From contig JAWXAQ010000036.1 of assembly GCA_034439575.1 (NCBI GenBank), positions 1 to 64,000 of the forward strand: 64,000 bases of DNA, in the 5' to 3' direction. The stretch comes from Leptospira sp. (GTDB taxonomy: Bacteria > Spirochaetota > Leptospiria > Leptospirales > Leptospiraceae). The notes under the pieces were generated by a model. The model was not told where the DNA came from, made no database searches, and saw only the letters and a list, made by a program, of their open reading frames with translations. Below, piece after piece: positions 22,830-32,587 of the stretch. A program made the translations under genes and the position numbers. Within the stretch, counting starts at the first letter, position 1. Each line of letters opens with the position of its first letter.

Positions 22830-23605
22830 TGTCAGATTTCGCAGAAATTTATCATGGAGACCGCATCTTGGAAATCAAGATGCAGTCGAATGAAAAAAAT
22901 ACTTTTGATTTCGAGACTTTTTCCGCCTTTGAACAGCTGTTATTGAAACATGCCAAAGATGAGAAAATAAGAGTTTTACTTTTTACATCCGCTCAAACTC
23001 AGTTTTTTTCCAATGGGATTGAACCGACGTTAATGTACAATAAATCGGAAAAAGAAATTCGAGATGCTGTGACTCTTCTCATAGGATGTGCGTCTTTATA
23101 TTTTAATTTTCCGGTTCCAACCATTGCACTGATTAATGGACATTGTATGGCGGCTGGCGCTGTTTTTGCCATCTACTCTGACTATCGTTATATGGTGGAT
23201 AAAGGAGGAAGGATTGGTTTTTCTGAAGCACTTGTCGGACTCAATTTTCCTTCTGCTCCTACTATGGTTTTGCGTGACCTCGTAGGTACAAATAAAACCA
23301 GGGATTTATTGTATGGCGGCAAACAGCTGAAAGGTCATGAGGCAAAAGAAATCGGACTAGTGGACGAAGTTTATCCAATAGAGAGCTTATTTAGTGAAGG
23401 AATGAAATTAGCAATGAGCCTTTCCAAACTCACTTACAATTCCGCTCGCGGTATGAAAACGGCGCAAAGAAGTTTTTATAAACCAATTCATGAAGCAATC
23501 ACAAAGGAAGACATAGATTATTTTGTTACCACCATTCAGTCTATAGACGGCCAAGAAGGTTTCCTCTCCCTCATTGAAAAACGCAGACCGAAATTTGTGA
23601 CTTAA
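22829..23605 (+). CDS. Crotonase-superfamily enoyl-CoA hydratase/isomerase
   Basis: FFSNG, PTIALINGHCMAAG, GFSE, GLVDEV, EKRRPKF. Confidence 0.92.
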   Translation: MSDFAEIYHGDRILEIKMQSNEKNTFDFETFSAFEQLLLKHAKDEKIRVLLFTSAQTQFFSNGIEPTLMYNKSEKEIRDAVTLLIGCASLYFNFPVPTIALINGHCMAAGAVFAIYSDYRYMVDKGGRIGFSEALVGLNFPSAPTMVLRDLVGTNKTRDLLYGGKQLKGHEAKEIGLVDEVYPIESLFSEGMKLAMSLSKLTYNSARGMKTAQRSFYKPIHEAITKEDIDYFVTTIQSIDGQEGFLSLIEKRRPKFVT

Positions 23606-23702
23606 ATAAAATATATTCGCTCAAAATAGGGAACTTAAATCCGTTTACTTGGGTCTAGTTCAGGTAGCTATGATTTCCTATCGTTAAAGTCTAAGGTATA
23701 AG

Positions 23703-26700
23703 TTGCAATTATCCGAAGTTTCCATTAAAAATCCAATTTTTGCATGGATGATGATGTGCGCCCTAGTTTTACTCGGCGCAATTGGTTTATCTAGATTGGG
23801 ATTATCACAAATGCCCAATGTCGACTTTCCAGTATTATCTGTGAATCTCACCTTACAAGGTGCGAATGCATCAGTGATGGAAATGAATGTTGTAGATCCT
23901 TTAGAAGAAGTATTTTTGACAGTTGAGGGAGTCAAAGAAATACGGTCAACATCTTCAGATGGATCAGCAAATATTGCCATAGAACTTGAGTTAGATCGTG
24001 ATGTGGATGTTGCTTTACAAGAGATTCAGACCAAGATTATTCAAGTCCAAAATAAACTGCCGTTAAATTTAGAATCACCTATTATCGTGAAATCAAATCC
24101 TGATGATAGTCCCATTATTTGGATCACACTCACTGCCGAGGGAAAATCAGAACAAGAAAAAATGATTTTTGTAAAATCATTTTTAAAAGATAAGTTTCAA
24201 GAAATTCCAGGTGTCGGAGAAATTATTTTGAGTGGATATGTTGATCGCACCATCAATATATACTTAGATCCAGTTCGTCTCGCCAAATATGAGTTAACTG
24301 TGGAAGATGTTATGAATACTCTTCTTCAACAAAATTTAGAAGTCCCTTCTGGAAAATTAGAAAACTCGAAATCTGAAATTTCTATACGTGCCGTTGGCGA
24401 TGTAAATTCTGTAGAACAACTTTCCAATATTTATATTAATTCTAGAAGTGGCCAGGCACTCTTCCGACCAATTCGTTTGAAGGATGTGGCGAAAATAGAA
24501 GATGGCTTAGATGAAATTAGAAAAATAGCTAGGTTTAATGGACTTTCTTCCGTAGGTCTGGGGGTTAAAAAAATAAAAGGAGCGGATGCTGTGAAAGTGG
24601 CAGATGGCGTAAAAGCTAAAATGCAAACTTTATTACCTGGCTTACCCAAAGGTTACAACCTAACTGTCGCCAATGACAATTCGATTGTCATTAAGGAATC
24701 CATCGATGAATTATTATTTACACTTTGTTTATCCATACTTTTAACAGGACTTGTTTGTCGGTTGTTTTTGGGGAGTTGGGAAAGTACTACAAATGTACTT
24801 CTTGCCATACCTACATCCATAATTGGAACCTTCTTGGTGTTATATGCACTCGGGTTTACATTGAACACATTTACTTTGATGGGTTTATCTCTAGCAGTCG
24901 GTATCGTAGTCGATGATGCGATTATGGTATTGGAAAATATCACAAGGCATAGAGAAATGGGCAAATCTTGGTACTTATCTGCATTGGAAGGAGCATCTGA
25001 GATTCGTTTTGCGGCATTGGCGGCAACACTTGCCATCATCGCTATCTTTGCACCAGTTGCATTTATGTCAGGAGTGATCGGACGATATTTTTTGGAATTC
25101 GGGATCACTGTTTCTGTAGCAGTTGCCTTGTCTCTATTCGAAGCTTTAAGTTTCACTCCAATGAGAGCCTCTCTATATAAGGATAAATTGGAAAGTGGAA
25201 GTCAGATAACAAAGGATAATCCAAATCTGCGAATTCAAAAATTATCCTTTTTTCAAATTCTTCGAAAGCATATAGAAGATTTTCGTATTTTCCTATTTAA
25301 GTTTTTACAAAAAATTTCAATTTTTAAAACGATAGATCCTTTTATGGAGAGGTTTTTATTCTTTAGTGAAAAATTTTATGTAAAAATTTTACACATAATC
25401 ATCAAACATCCTAGAATTATTTTAGTATCATCTCTTATTATTTTTTTATTGTCCCTATCTATATTTAATTTTTTAAAAAAGGAATTTATACCACCGCAAG
25501 ATTTGAGTCGTTTTGTGATCCGAGCGAAAATGGCACCAAATTATTCAATATCGGCTACCAATATAGCCATGTTAGACGTAGAATCTTACTTGAGCAAAAT
25601 GCCCGTTGTGGAAAAGTATCTAGCCAATATCGGAGGTTTTGATGGGAAAGAATCAAATGGGGCTATGTTTTTTGTTACCTTAAAATCTCTCGGTTCCCGG
25701 CCAAAAAATCCAACCACTGGCAAGGAAATGACACAAAACGATGTCTTTGATGATTTACGTAAAAATTTAAAAAAATTAGTCCCTCATGCAAAGTTTACCT
25801 TTGTTGATATTTCCCAAAGAGGATTTAGTGCGGGTAGAGGTTATCCCGTTGAACTTGTATTAACTGGACCAAGCTGGGAAAAATTAGCTCTGATATCGGA
25901 AGAAATTAAAAATGAATTAGAAAAGCAGAATATATTAAAAGATATTGATACAGATTATGTGCTTGGTCAAGATGAATTACGAATTATACCAAATCGAGAT
26001 TCGGCTGCACTTCGTGGTGTTAGCATGGCTAACATTGTGAATACAATTGGTCCTTTGATGGGTGGGAGAAAGGTGAGTCGTTTTACGGAGAATGGAAGAA
26101 GTTATGATATAAGAATCAAAATTCAAAAGGATCTTTCTGAATCCGCAAGTATAATTCCTCAAATCAAAGTCAGAAATAATTTTGGAGAACTTGTCGGTTT
26201 AAAAGACATTATCGAATTAGAATCTAACAAGACTTTAAAAAGCATAACACGTGTCAATAGGTCAAGAGCGATTAAAATATTTGGAAATCCACCAGCCTCA
26301 GTCGGTCAAAACACAGCTTTGCAAAGTACCTTAAAAATTGCCAATGGACTACTTCCAGAAGGTTATACTATAGCTGTCACAGGTTCTGCAAAGGCGACAA
26401 GTGAGTCTAGCGAAGGTTTGGTTTTCGCTTTGATTATGGGATTACTTATTTCATATATGGTGCTTGCGAGCCAATTTAATAGTTTAAAACAACCGTTATA
26501 TGTACTTCTTGCTATGCCATTCAGTATATCTGGCGCATTACTCGCTTTATATATAACTAAAAATTCTTTTAATATGTATAGTTTTATCGGTCTTATTATG
26601 TTACTCGGTCTTGTGAAAAAAAATTCTATTCTGTTAGTTGAATTTGTAAATCATCTGCGTAAAGAAGGTAAAAAAATTCCAGAAGCAATTTTAGAAGGAT

Positions 26701-26897
26701 GTCCAATTCGCCTTCGACCTGTTCTTATGACTAGTTTTGCATCGATTGCCGCGGCCATTCCACCGGCCCTTTCTTTCGGTCCCGGTTCGGAAACGCGAGT
26801 TCCTATGGCAATTGTGATTCTCGGTGGGCTTGCTCTCTCAACACTTGTTACCTTTGTGGTGGTTCCCGCAGCATACTATGTCATGGAGAAGGAATAA
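23703..26897 (+). CDS. RND efflux transporter, AcrB/AcrD/AcrF family
   Basis: PNVDFP, GIVVDDAIMVLEN, KNSILLVEF, RLRPVLMT; TTG start. Confidence 0.95.
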   Translation: MQLSEVSIKNPIFAWMMMCALVLLGAIGLSRLGLSQMPNVDFPVLSVNLTLQGANASVMEMNVVDPLEEVFLTVEGVKEIRSTSSDGSANIAIELELDRDVDVALQEIQTKIIQVQNKLPLNLESPIIVKSNPDDSPIIWITLTAEGKSEQEKMIFVKSFLKDKFQEIPGVGEIILSGYVDRTINIYLDPVRLAKYELTVEDVMNTLLQQNLEVPSGKLENSKSEISIRAVGDVNSVEQLSNIYINSRSGQALFRPIRLKDVAKIEDGLDEIRKIARFNGLSSVGLGVKKIKGADAVKVADGVKAKMQTLLPGLPKGYNLTVANDNSIVIKESIDELLFTLCLSILLTGLVCRLFLGSWESTTNVLLAIPTSIIGTFLVLYALGFTLNTFTLMGLSLAVGIVVDDAIMVLENITRHREMGKSWYLSALEGASEIRFAALAATLAIIAIFAPVAFMSGVIGRYFLEFGITVSVAVALSLFEALSFTPMRASLYKDKLESGSQITKDNPNLRIQKLSFFQILRKHIEDFRIFLFKFLQKISIFKTIDPFMERFLFFSEKFYVKILHIIIKHPRIILVSSLIIFLLSLSIFNFLKKEFIPPQDLSRFVIRAKMAPNYSISATNIAMLDVESYLSKMPVVEKYLANIGGFDGKESNGAMFFVTLKSLGSRPKNPTTGKEMTQNDVFDDLRKNLKKLVPHAKFTFVDISQRGFSAGRGYPVELVLTGPSWEKLALISEEIKNELEKQNILKDIDTDYVLGQDELRIIPNRDSAALRGVSMANIVNTIGPLMGGRKVSRFTENGRSYDIRIKIQKDLSESASIIPQIKVRNNFGELVGLKDIIELESNKTLKSITRVNRSRAIKIFGNPPASVGQNTALQSTLKIANGLLPEGYTIAVTGSAKATSESSEGLVFALIMGLLISYMVLASQFNSLKQPLYVLLAMPFSISGALLALYITKNSFNMYSFIGLIMLLGLVKKNSILLVEFVNHLRKEGKKIPEAILEGCPIRLRPVLMTSFASIAAAIPPALSFGPGSETRVPMAIVILGGLALSTLVTFVVVPAAYYVMEKE

Positions 26898-26906
26898 TGA
26901 AGATTT

Positions 26907-27560
26907 GTGTTATATTTTAAAAATATAACACAAATAAAAAAATATTTCTGCTTAAATCCTCGAATATTTCTATTTTCATGCATATTTTTAATTTCACATA
27001 TCGCTTGTTCTTCAAGTCCTGAAATAAAAGTTGCGGAAGGAGTTGTCGAAGAAAATCTTAAAAAAATAGCAGGTGTTACTTCAAGGGACATTTCAAGAGT
27101 TTTAAAAAAAGAAAAATTTAATTTAGATGATTTATATATCCTTGCGATAGAACGTACGGAACGAATTGCACTGAAGAGTGAAATGATTTCGCAAACTAAG
27201 GCTGGCAAAAATCGAGCAATGGCAGGATTTTTACCAACATTGTCTTATGTTTATAATAAATTTTATTCTATCCCAAGAAAAGGTGATGATCCTACCACCG
27301 TTGAAAATTATCGCACCTTACAAGCGATAGATAAGGGCGATGCGCTATATTTTGCTCCCGATAATTCGACATCAACACTTCCACCAACTGTTGAGGCGGC
27401 CTCTCGATTGTTGCTTAGTTTTCCTATTACGGCTGGGTTTAGTTCCTACCAAGACTACAAACAATTTTCACTTTTAGAAGAACAAAGGCAATTAGAAGCA
27501 AAATTGACAGCTTCACAAACCAGAAGGAATGCAAAAATTGAAATAGAAAACTCTAATTGA
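26907..27560 (+). pseudogene. Truncated TolC-family outer membrane factor (N-terminal part only)
   Basis: Lipobox HIAC, LDDLYILAIERTE, AMAGFLPTLSY, LSFPITAG; only 217 aa; no continuation visible before the next gene. Confidence 0.7.
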
Positions 27561-27667
27561 TTGTTCATTATGACTTAAATATTATCATAAATAGTTTTGA
27601 ACTATTGCCACTCGAGTATTTTTTATAACTGTGGTTATAATGTTTGGATTGACCTAGGAGATTATTT

Positions 27668-28009
27668 ATGAGTGAAAAGAATCATTATTTTAATGCGAGT
27701 GACCTCTCTAAATTTCCAGAGATAGGACGAGTCAACAAAGATTTATCGGATAAATTTTTTGCCTATTATGGTGCTGTTATGGGAGAAGGAGCGTTGACAG
27801 AGCGTGAAAAAGCATTAATCGCTCTTGCTGTTTCTCACGCGTTAAAATGCCCATATTGTATTGACGCCTATACAACTACATGTTTACAAAAAGGTGCGGA
27901 TGAAGCTCAAATGAATGAAGCAGTCCACGTAGCAGCTGCTATGGCTGCCGGAATCAGTTTAGTTCATAGCATACAGATGAATAACAAAATTGATGAGTTA
28001 TCGATTTAA
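27668..28009 (+). CDS. AhpD/CMD-family peroxidase-like protein associated with ArsS
   Basis: GALTEREKALIALAV, CPYCIDAY; AGGAG RBS; adjacent to ArsS. Confidence 0.9.
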   Translation: MSEKNHYFNASDLSKFPEIGRVNKDLSDKFFAYYGAVMGEGALTEREKALIALAVSHALKCPYCIDAYTTTCLQKGADEAQMNEAVHVAAAMAAGISLVHSIQMNNKIDELSI

Positions 28010-28028
28010 TCCTAACATGGTATATTGA

Positions 28029-29018
28029 GTGTTAGTTGACAAGCAATTAGAAGTTTTAAACTCATATCCAGATTCGTTTTATCATCGAATCTCCAAAAGT
28101 AAAGAAACTGGGATTACTTTTAAGGGACTTCGCCTATCAACGTTTCAAATGAATATAGGTAAGTGGTGTAACCAAGCTTGCAAACATTGCCATGTAGATG
28201 CTTCACCAAAAAGAACAGAACTTATGTCAAGGGATACTATAGATTTATGTTTGAAAGTGATTTCAGAAAATCCCAACATAACGACTGTCGATATCACGGG
28301 AGGGGCGCCAGAAGGAAATCCGCATTTTACCTATCTTGTAAAGGAAGCAAAAAAACTCGGTAAAAAGGTAATAGATCGCTGTAATCTTACCATACTTGAA
28401 GAAGAAGGCTTCGCATACCTTTATGATTTTTTCGCAGAAAATGATGTGGAAATATTTTCTTCCTTACCATTTTTTTCGGAAACTCAGACCGACAAACAAA
28501 GAGGAGATGGTGTTTTTAAAAAATCAATCACTGCTATAAAAAAACTCAATGATCTCGGCTATGGTAAAGAGAGAATTTTGAATTTAGTTTATAATCCCGT
28601 GGGACTCTATTTAAGTTCTTCTCAAAAACAGTTAGAAAAAGAATTCAAAGAAAATCTCTTTAAAAAATTTGGCATTTATTTTAATCAATTATTTTGTATT
28701 AATAATTTGCCGATCAGTCGATTTCTTTCTGCTTTAGTTCGAGCAGAAAAATTTGAAATGTATATGGACACTTTGGTGAATGCATATAATCCGCAAACGA
28801 TAGAGGGACTTATGTGTCGTCATCAGATTTCTGTTGGTTATGATGGTAAGGTTTATGATTGTGATTTCAATCAGATGCTTGAATTAACAAGCCTTCCATT
28901 TTCTCATATTTCAGAATTTTCATTACCAGAATTTTTAAATCGTCAAATTGTTGTAGCTAATCATTGTTATGGATGCACAGCAGGAGCGGGTTCAAGTTGT
29001 GGGGGAGAAATTGTTTAA
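28029..29018 (+). CDS. arsS: Radical SAM Cys-rich protein, arsenosugar-biosynthesis ArsS family
   Basis: CNQACKHC, DITGGAPE, IDRCNL, LMCR, YDCDFNQML, C-terminal HCYGCTAGAGSSCGG. Confidence 0.9.
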   Translation: MLVDKQLEVLNSYPDSFYHRISKSKETGITFKGLRLSTFQMNIGKWCNQACKHCHVDASPKRTELMSRDTIDLCLKVISENPNITTVDITGGAPEGNPHFTYLVKEAKKLGKKVIDRCNLTILEEEGFAYLYDFFAENDVEIFSSLPFFSETQTDKQRGDGVFKKSITAIKKLNDLGYGKERILNLVYNPVGLYLSSSQKQLEKEFKENLFKKFGIYFNQLFCINNLPISRFLSALVRAEKFEMYMDTLVNAYNPQTIEGLMCRHQISVGYDGKVYDCDFNQMLELTSLPFSHISEFSLPEFLNRQIVVANHCYGCTAGAGSSCGGEIV

Positions 29019-29038
29019 AAAAATAAGAGTAATAAATA

Positions 29039-29069
29039 AGCCGCCAATCTGAAATCCAGATGAACGGCT
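29039..29069. terminator. Hairpin between convergent genes
   Basis: AGCCG/CGGCT outer and ATCTG/CAGAT inner stems; T-rich tail on minus strand. Confidence 0.5.
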
Positions 29070-29079
29070 GTTTGGTGAT

Positions 29080-29301
29080 CTATTCTTCTGCGAATAGGTT
29101 ATTAAGAGAGTCAATCAAGGTATCGACTTCCACTCCATATCCCATACAAACTTGTTCAATCGTTTCCACTTCATTGATGGAACAATGAGAGCAACCACCT
29201 AAGTGGTAGCTGGAGAAAACTAAGCCAGCTTCTGGATGGATGGCTATCGCCTCTCCAACGGTCATTTCTTTAAAAAAACGTGGTTTTGTTACCTCGGTCA
29301 T
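29080..29301 (-). CDS. DUF1858-like small redox/disulfide protein
   Basis: EMTVGEAI..HPE..VF...GGCSHC...ETIEQVC..YGV. Confidence 0.8.
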   Translation of the reverse strand: MTEVTKPRFFKEMTVGEAIAIHPEAGLVFSSYHLGGCSHCSINEVETIEQVCMGYGVEVDTLIDSLNNLFAEE

Positions 29302-29366
29302 GGCCTCTATACCTCAAAACGAAATTAACTATACAATATTAGACGTAAGGCTTATTCGTCAATGGA

Positions 29367-29768
29367 ATGTTTCTACAAGAATCTGGTAATTTTTATGTGA
29401 GAATAGAGGGACGGTTCGAATCTGCCCATTTTTTGTATGATTATTTTCCTGATGGTTCGGATGAGCCGATACACGGCCATTCTTGGAAAGTTGAGGTTTT
29501 TTTGGCGGGAAAGGGGAATATCCGAGCCGATGGAATCAGTTATGATTTTTTAACGGCAAGGACGCGTTTGTTAGAACTAGTTCATAACATTGACCATCTG
29601 CTCATCAATGAGCACCCTGATTTCAAAGGAATCAATCCGACCTCGGAAAATGTGGCGCGGTGGTTTTATGCGGGCTTGAAAGAAGAAGTGGCAAAAACAG
29701 CTGGAAAGATCCTACGCATAGTGATCCACGAAGGACCCGAAAATTTAGCGTTCTTCGAGCCCTCTTAA
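29367..29768 (+). CDS. PTPS/QueD-family (COG0720) pterin enzyme with PTPS-III-type EX2HGH motif
   Basis: FESAH, EPIHGH, IDHLLINE, NPTSENVA. Confidence 0.88.
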   Translation: MFLQESGNFYVRIEGRFESAHFLYDYFPDGSDEPIHGHSWKVEVFLAGKGNIRADGISYDFLTARTRLLELVHNIDHLLINEHPDFKGINPTSENVARWFYAGLKEEVAKTAGKILRIVIHEGPENLAFFEPS

Positions 29769-29773
29769 ATTTT

Positions 29774-30802
29774 TTATGTCCAATACGTACGTACAAGTTT
29801 TTCCCAAGTCTGAGATTGTGGGATTCCTGGTTTCCGTTTTCCAAAACACTGAAGGATCAGTAGTCCTTCTTCGGTAAAAAGTTCCACGGAAGTCACATTC
29901 CCATCTGACGTAGGTTTGTCTACGATCCAAGATTCATAAACTAAATCAGTCCTAAGATGTAAATTAAACTCAGGATCCAAAACATTAAACCAGGGACCAC
30001 GAGATTCTAATTTTTGGATCTGGCCAGTATGGATTTGTATCACACCTTTACTCCCTACAAAAATCATAACTTCTTGGTTCTCTCTCGCACAATCTGCGAG
30101 TAAGGAATAAAAAGATTCATTTGGGATTTTTTTTGTGAACCGACCTTCTGCCAGTTCTAATGCAGTTGATCGTTCCAAATTGTATTTTTTGAGTAATACA
30201 AAAAAATCATGTGTATCTTTTAATTCTGACCAACTAACTAAGAATTCATTTTTGAGATTTATATCTACATTTGTATAACTCGAGATTTTTTTTTCTTTTT
30301 CTTTTGTCACAAAGGGCATTACGGAATCAGTAACAAACTTTTCTTTAATTGTTTTCCAAGCATTTAAGTCGGATGAATCTGTAGAATAAATTTTGAAAAC
30401 AGCTTCTCCATGTGGATCAAAAAACTGAAGACTGTGTAAAATTTTTCCATCGCGTTCTTCTTCCGAATAGAATCCAAATTTCCAATGGTTCAAAAAAATC
30501 CTTAGATCAATATCATCACCCGTAACAAGGCCCATATTTCCATTGATGGAAACATTTTCAAATATTCCTTTTCTTTCATGGACGCATGGCTCATTTCTTG
30601 TGAGAACCATCACCTTACCTAAAGTAGGTGTTTGTTTTAAGATTTCAGACCAATCGTCTTTTAAGCAACTGATTCCTTGATTTAAGCGGGTAGCTAACAA
30701 TTCTGCTTCACTCACTCCAAGAGTATTCGCTGCGTCTCGAATTCGTAAATTCGGTATTTCTTTTTTTAAATTCTGCCATGATTCAGCGAGTGTTGAATTC
30801 AT
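29774..30802 (-). CDS. hemS: Hemin-degrading/chaperone factor HemS/ChuS
   Basis: RIRDAANTLGVSEAELL, LTRNEPCVHE, IDLRIF, DTHDFF, IQIHTG, FGKRKPG. Confidence 0.95.
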   Translation of the reverse strand: MNSTLAESWQNLKKEIPNLRIRDAANTLGVSEAELLATRLNQGISCLKDDWSEILKQTPTLGKVMVLTRNEPCVHERKGIFENVSINGNMGLVTGDDIDLRIFLNHWKFGFYSEEERDGKILHSLQFFDPHGEAVFKIYSTDSSDLNAWKTIKEKFVTDSVMPFVTKEKEKKISSYTNVDINLKNEFLVSWSELKDTHDFFVLLKKYNLERSTALELAEGRFTKKIPNESFYSLLADCARENQEVMIFVGSKGVIQIHTGQIQKLESRGPWFNVLDPEFNLHLRTDLVYESWIVDKPTSDGNVTSVELFTEEGLLILQCFGKRKPGIPQSQTWEKLVRTYWT

Positions 30803-31583
30803 ATAATTGTTCCTTTGTTGTTTGTTTTGCTAAAATAAAAGTATGATGTTTATTTTGAATGATATGAATGGGTATATCATATACATCGCTTAAAATTTCT
30901 TCGTTTAACGAAAGTGATGGGTCGCCACTTACATAAATGGATCCATTTTTAATCAGAGAAATCGTATCGGCATATTGAAATGCTAAATTGATATCATGTA
31001 AAATGATAAATACTCCATATCCTTGTTCTGCCATTTGTTTAGAAATTTCTAATGTTTTGATTTGATTGGGAAGATCCATTCCAGAAGTCGGCTCATCAAG
31101 AAAGATATATTTATCAGGTGAGTCCCAAATTTGTGTTAGTACCCGAGAAAGCTGAGTTCTTTGTTTTTCACCACCTGACAAGGTATTGTAATCCCTTTCA
31201 CCTAGATGTTGTATGCTCGTAATATCCAAGGTTTCTTGGATGATCATTTCATTTTTTTCTTTCACATAGGGAAAAGGCATTCTTCCTAAGGCAACGATTT
31301 CACTCACGGAAAAAGGAAAATTAAGATCATATTCTTGGGTCAAAACGGAACGAATGGTGGAAAGAGATTTTACATTATAGGTATTTAAATTTTTATCATT
31401 TATGAAAATTTCACCAATGTTTGGCTCGATATCACCACATAACAATTTGAAGATGGTTGATTTTCCTGCTCCATTTTTACCCAAAAGTACATGAATTTCG
31501 CCTGGTCGAATTCTAAGATTGATATTTTTTACTAAAAATTGATTATTTATTTTATAAGATATGTTTTGAAATTGTATGCTCAT
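30783..31583 (-). CDS. hmuV: Heme ABC transporter ATPase
   Basis: GKNGAGKS, LSGGEKQRTQLSRVLTQ, DEPT, HDINLAFQYAD; heme locus context. Confidence 0.92.
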   Translation of the reverse strand: MSIQFQNISYKINNQFLVKNINLRIRPGEIHVLLGKNGAGKSTIFKLLCGDIEPNIGEIFINDKNLNTYNVKSLSTIRSVLTQEYDLNFPFSVSEIVALGRMPFPYVKEKNEMIIQETLDITSIQHLGERDYNTLSGGEKQRTQLSRVLTQIWDSPDKYIFLDEPTSGMDLPNQIKTLEISKQMAEQGYGVFIILHDINLAFQYADTISLIKNGSIYVSGDPSLSLNEEILSDVYDIPIHIIQNKHHTFILAKQTTKEQLYEFNTR

Positions 31584-32587
31584 AGACTGTTACCTCGACT
31601 TTTTTTTAATAAAATCAAAAAGGTCGGGGCTCCCATAATTGCCGTTACGATTCCAACTGGTATTTCAGAGGGTGAAAGTATGGTTCTACAGATGGCATCC
31701 CCAATTGCTAAAATTGTACCACCTAATATATATGAAATGGGCAACATAAACTTATAGTCTTGTCCTATCACAAAACGAATCATATGTGGTATCATCACAC
31801 CTATGAAGCTAATGTTTCCGGCGAGAGCAACAGATGCTCCAACTGAGACCCCAACGAGTAAGAGGATAGATCGTTTTAAAACTTCTACGGATATTCCTAA
31901 ATGCTCTGCTTCTCTTTCTCCCAAACAAAAAACATTTAATTTTTTATATAGTAGTGGGCTAAATAGAAATGGTAAAATCAAAAAGATTCCAAATCGAGAT
32001 AATGAAGTCCAACTCGCACCACCTAAACTCCCCAAGTTCCATGAAGATAAATTTCTAAGTTGAGCATCATTGGCAATATATGTTAGAAGTCCAATAGCGG
32101 AATAACAAAGAGCATTGATAGCGATTCCAATAAGTAAGAGACCAAATACTTCCGTTTTACCATTGTTTCGTGCAAATGAAAAAATTAGAAAACCTGTTGT
32201 AATCCCGCCGACAAAAGAAAATAGAATCGTACTCCAGATTGTGGGTAAAAATGGTAAATAATTTCCAAGTACGATTCCGATTCCTGCAAATAACGAAGCA
32301 CCTGCGGTGATTCCAACGAGACCTGGATCAACGATGGGATTTCTAAATATGCCTTGGATCACAGCACCAGACCATGCCAAAGAACCACCCAGTAGAATTG
32401 CGAGAATCACTCGTGGCAAACGAATGTTCCAAAAAATTTCATTTTGAATGGATTGTGTATCATTAAGTAAAGCCATTAAAGATATATTATAAGCACCAAT
32501 GATAGAAACTATAGGAACAGATAGAAACAAAATACTAACTGAAAAAATGAGTAAGCACTTTCTTTTTGTTAGTCTATTGATTTCCAT
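31580..32587 (-). CDS. hmuU: Heme ABC transporter permease (FecCD family)
   Basis: IRLPR, QGIFRNPIVDPGLVG, LGEREAEHLG, EIPVGIVTA. Confidence 0.92.
   Translation of the reverse strand: MEINRLTKRKCLLIFSVSILFLSVPIVSIIGAYNISLMALLNDTQSIQNEIFWNIRLPRVILAILLGGSLAWSGAVIQGIFRNPIVDPGLVGITAGASLFAGIGIVLGNYLPFLPTIWSTILFSFVGGITTGFLIFSFARNNGKTEVFGLLLIGIAINALCYSAIGLLTYIANDAQLRNLSSWNLGSLGGASWTSLSRFGIFLILPFLFSPLLYKKLNVFCLGEREAEHLGISVEVLKRSILLLVGVSVGASVALAGNISFIGVMIPHMIRFVIGQDYKFMLPISYILGGTILAIGDAICRTILSPSEIPVGIVTAIMGAPTFLILLKKSRGNSL

Noticed and set aside
28017-28031. In-frame ATG GTA TAT TGA just before the arsS GTG, suggesting selenocysteine or readthrough
   Set aside because: Sec in this family is expected in the C-terminal Cys motif, which is TGT here; no SECIS-like hairpin is evident; GTG 28029 gives a full protein
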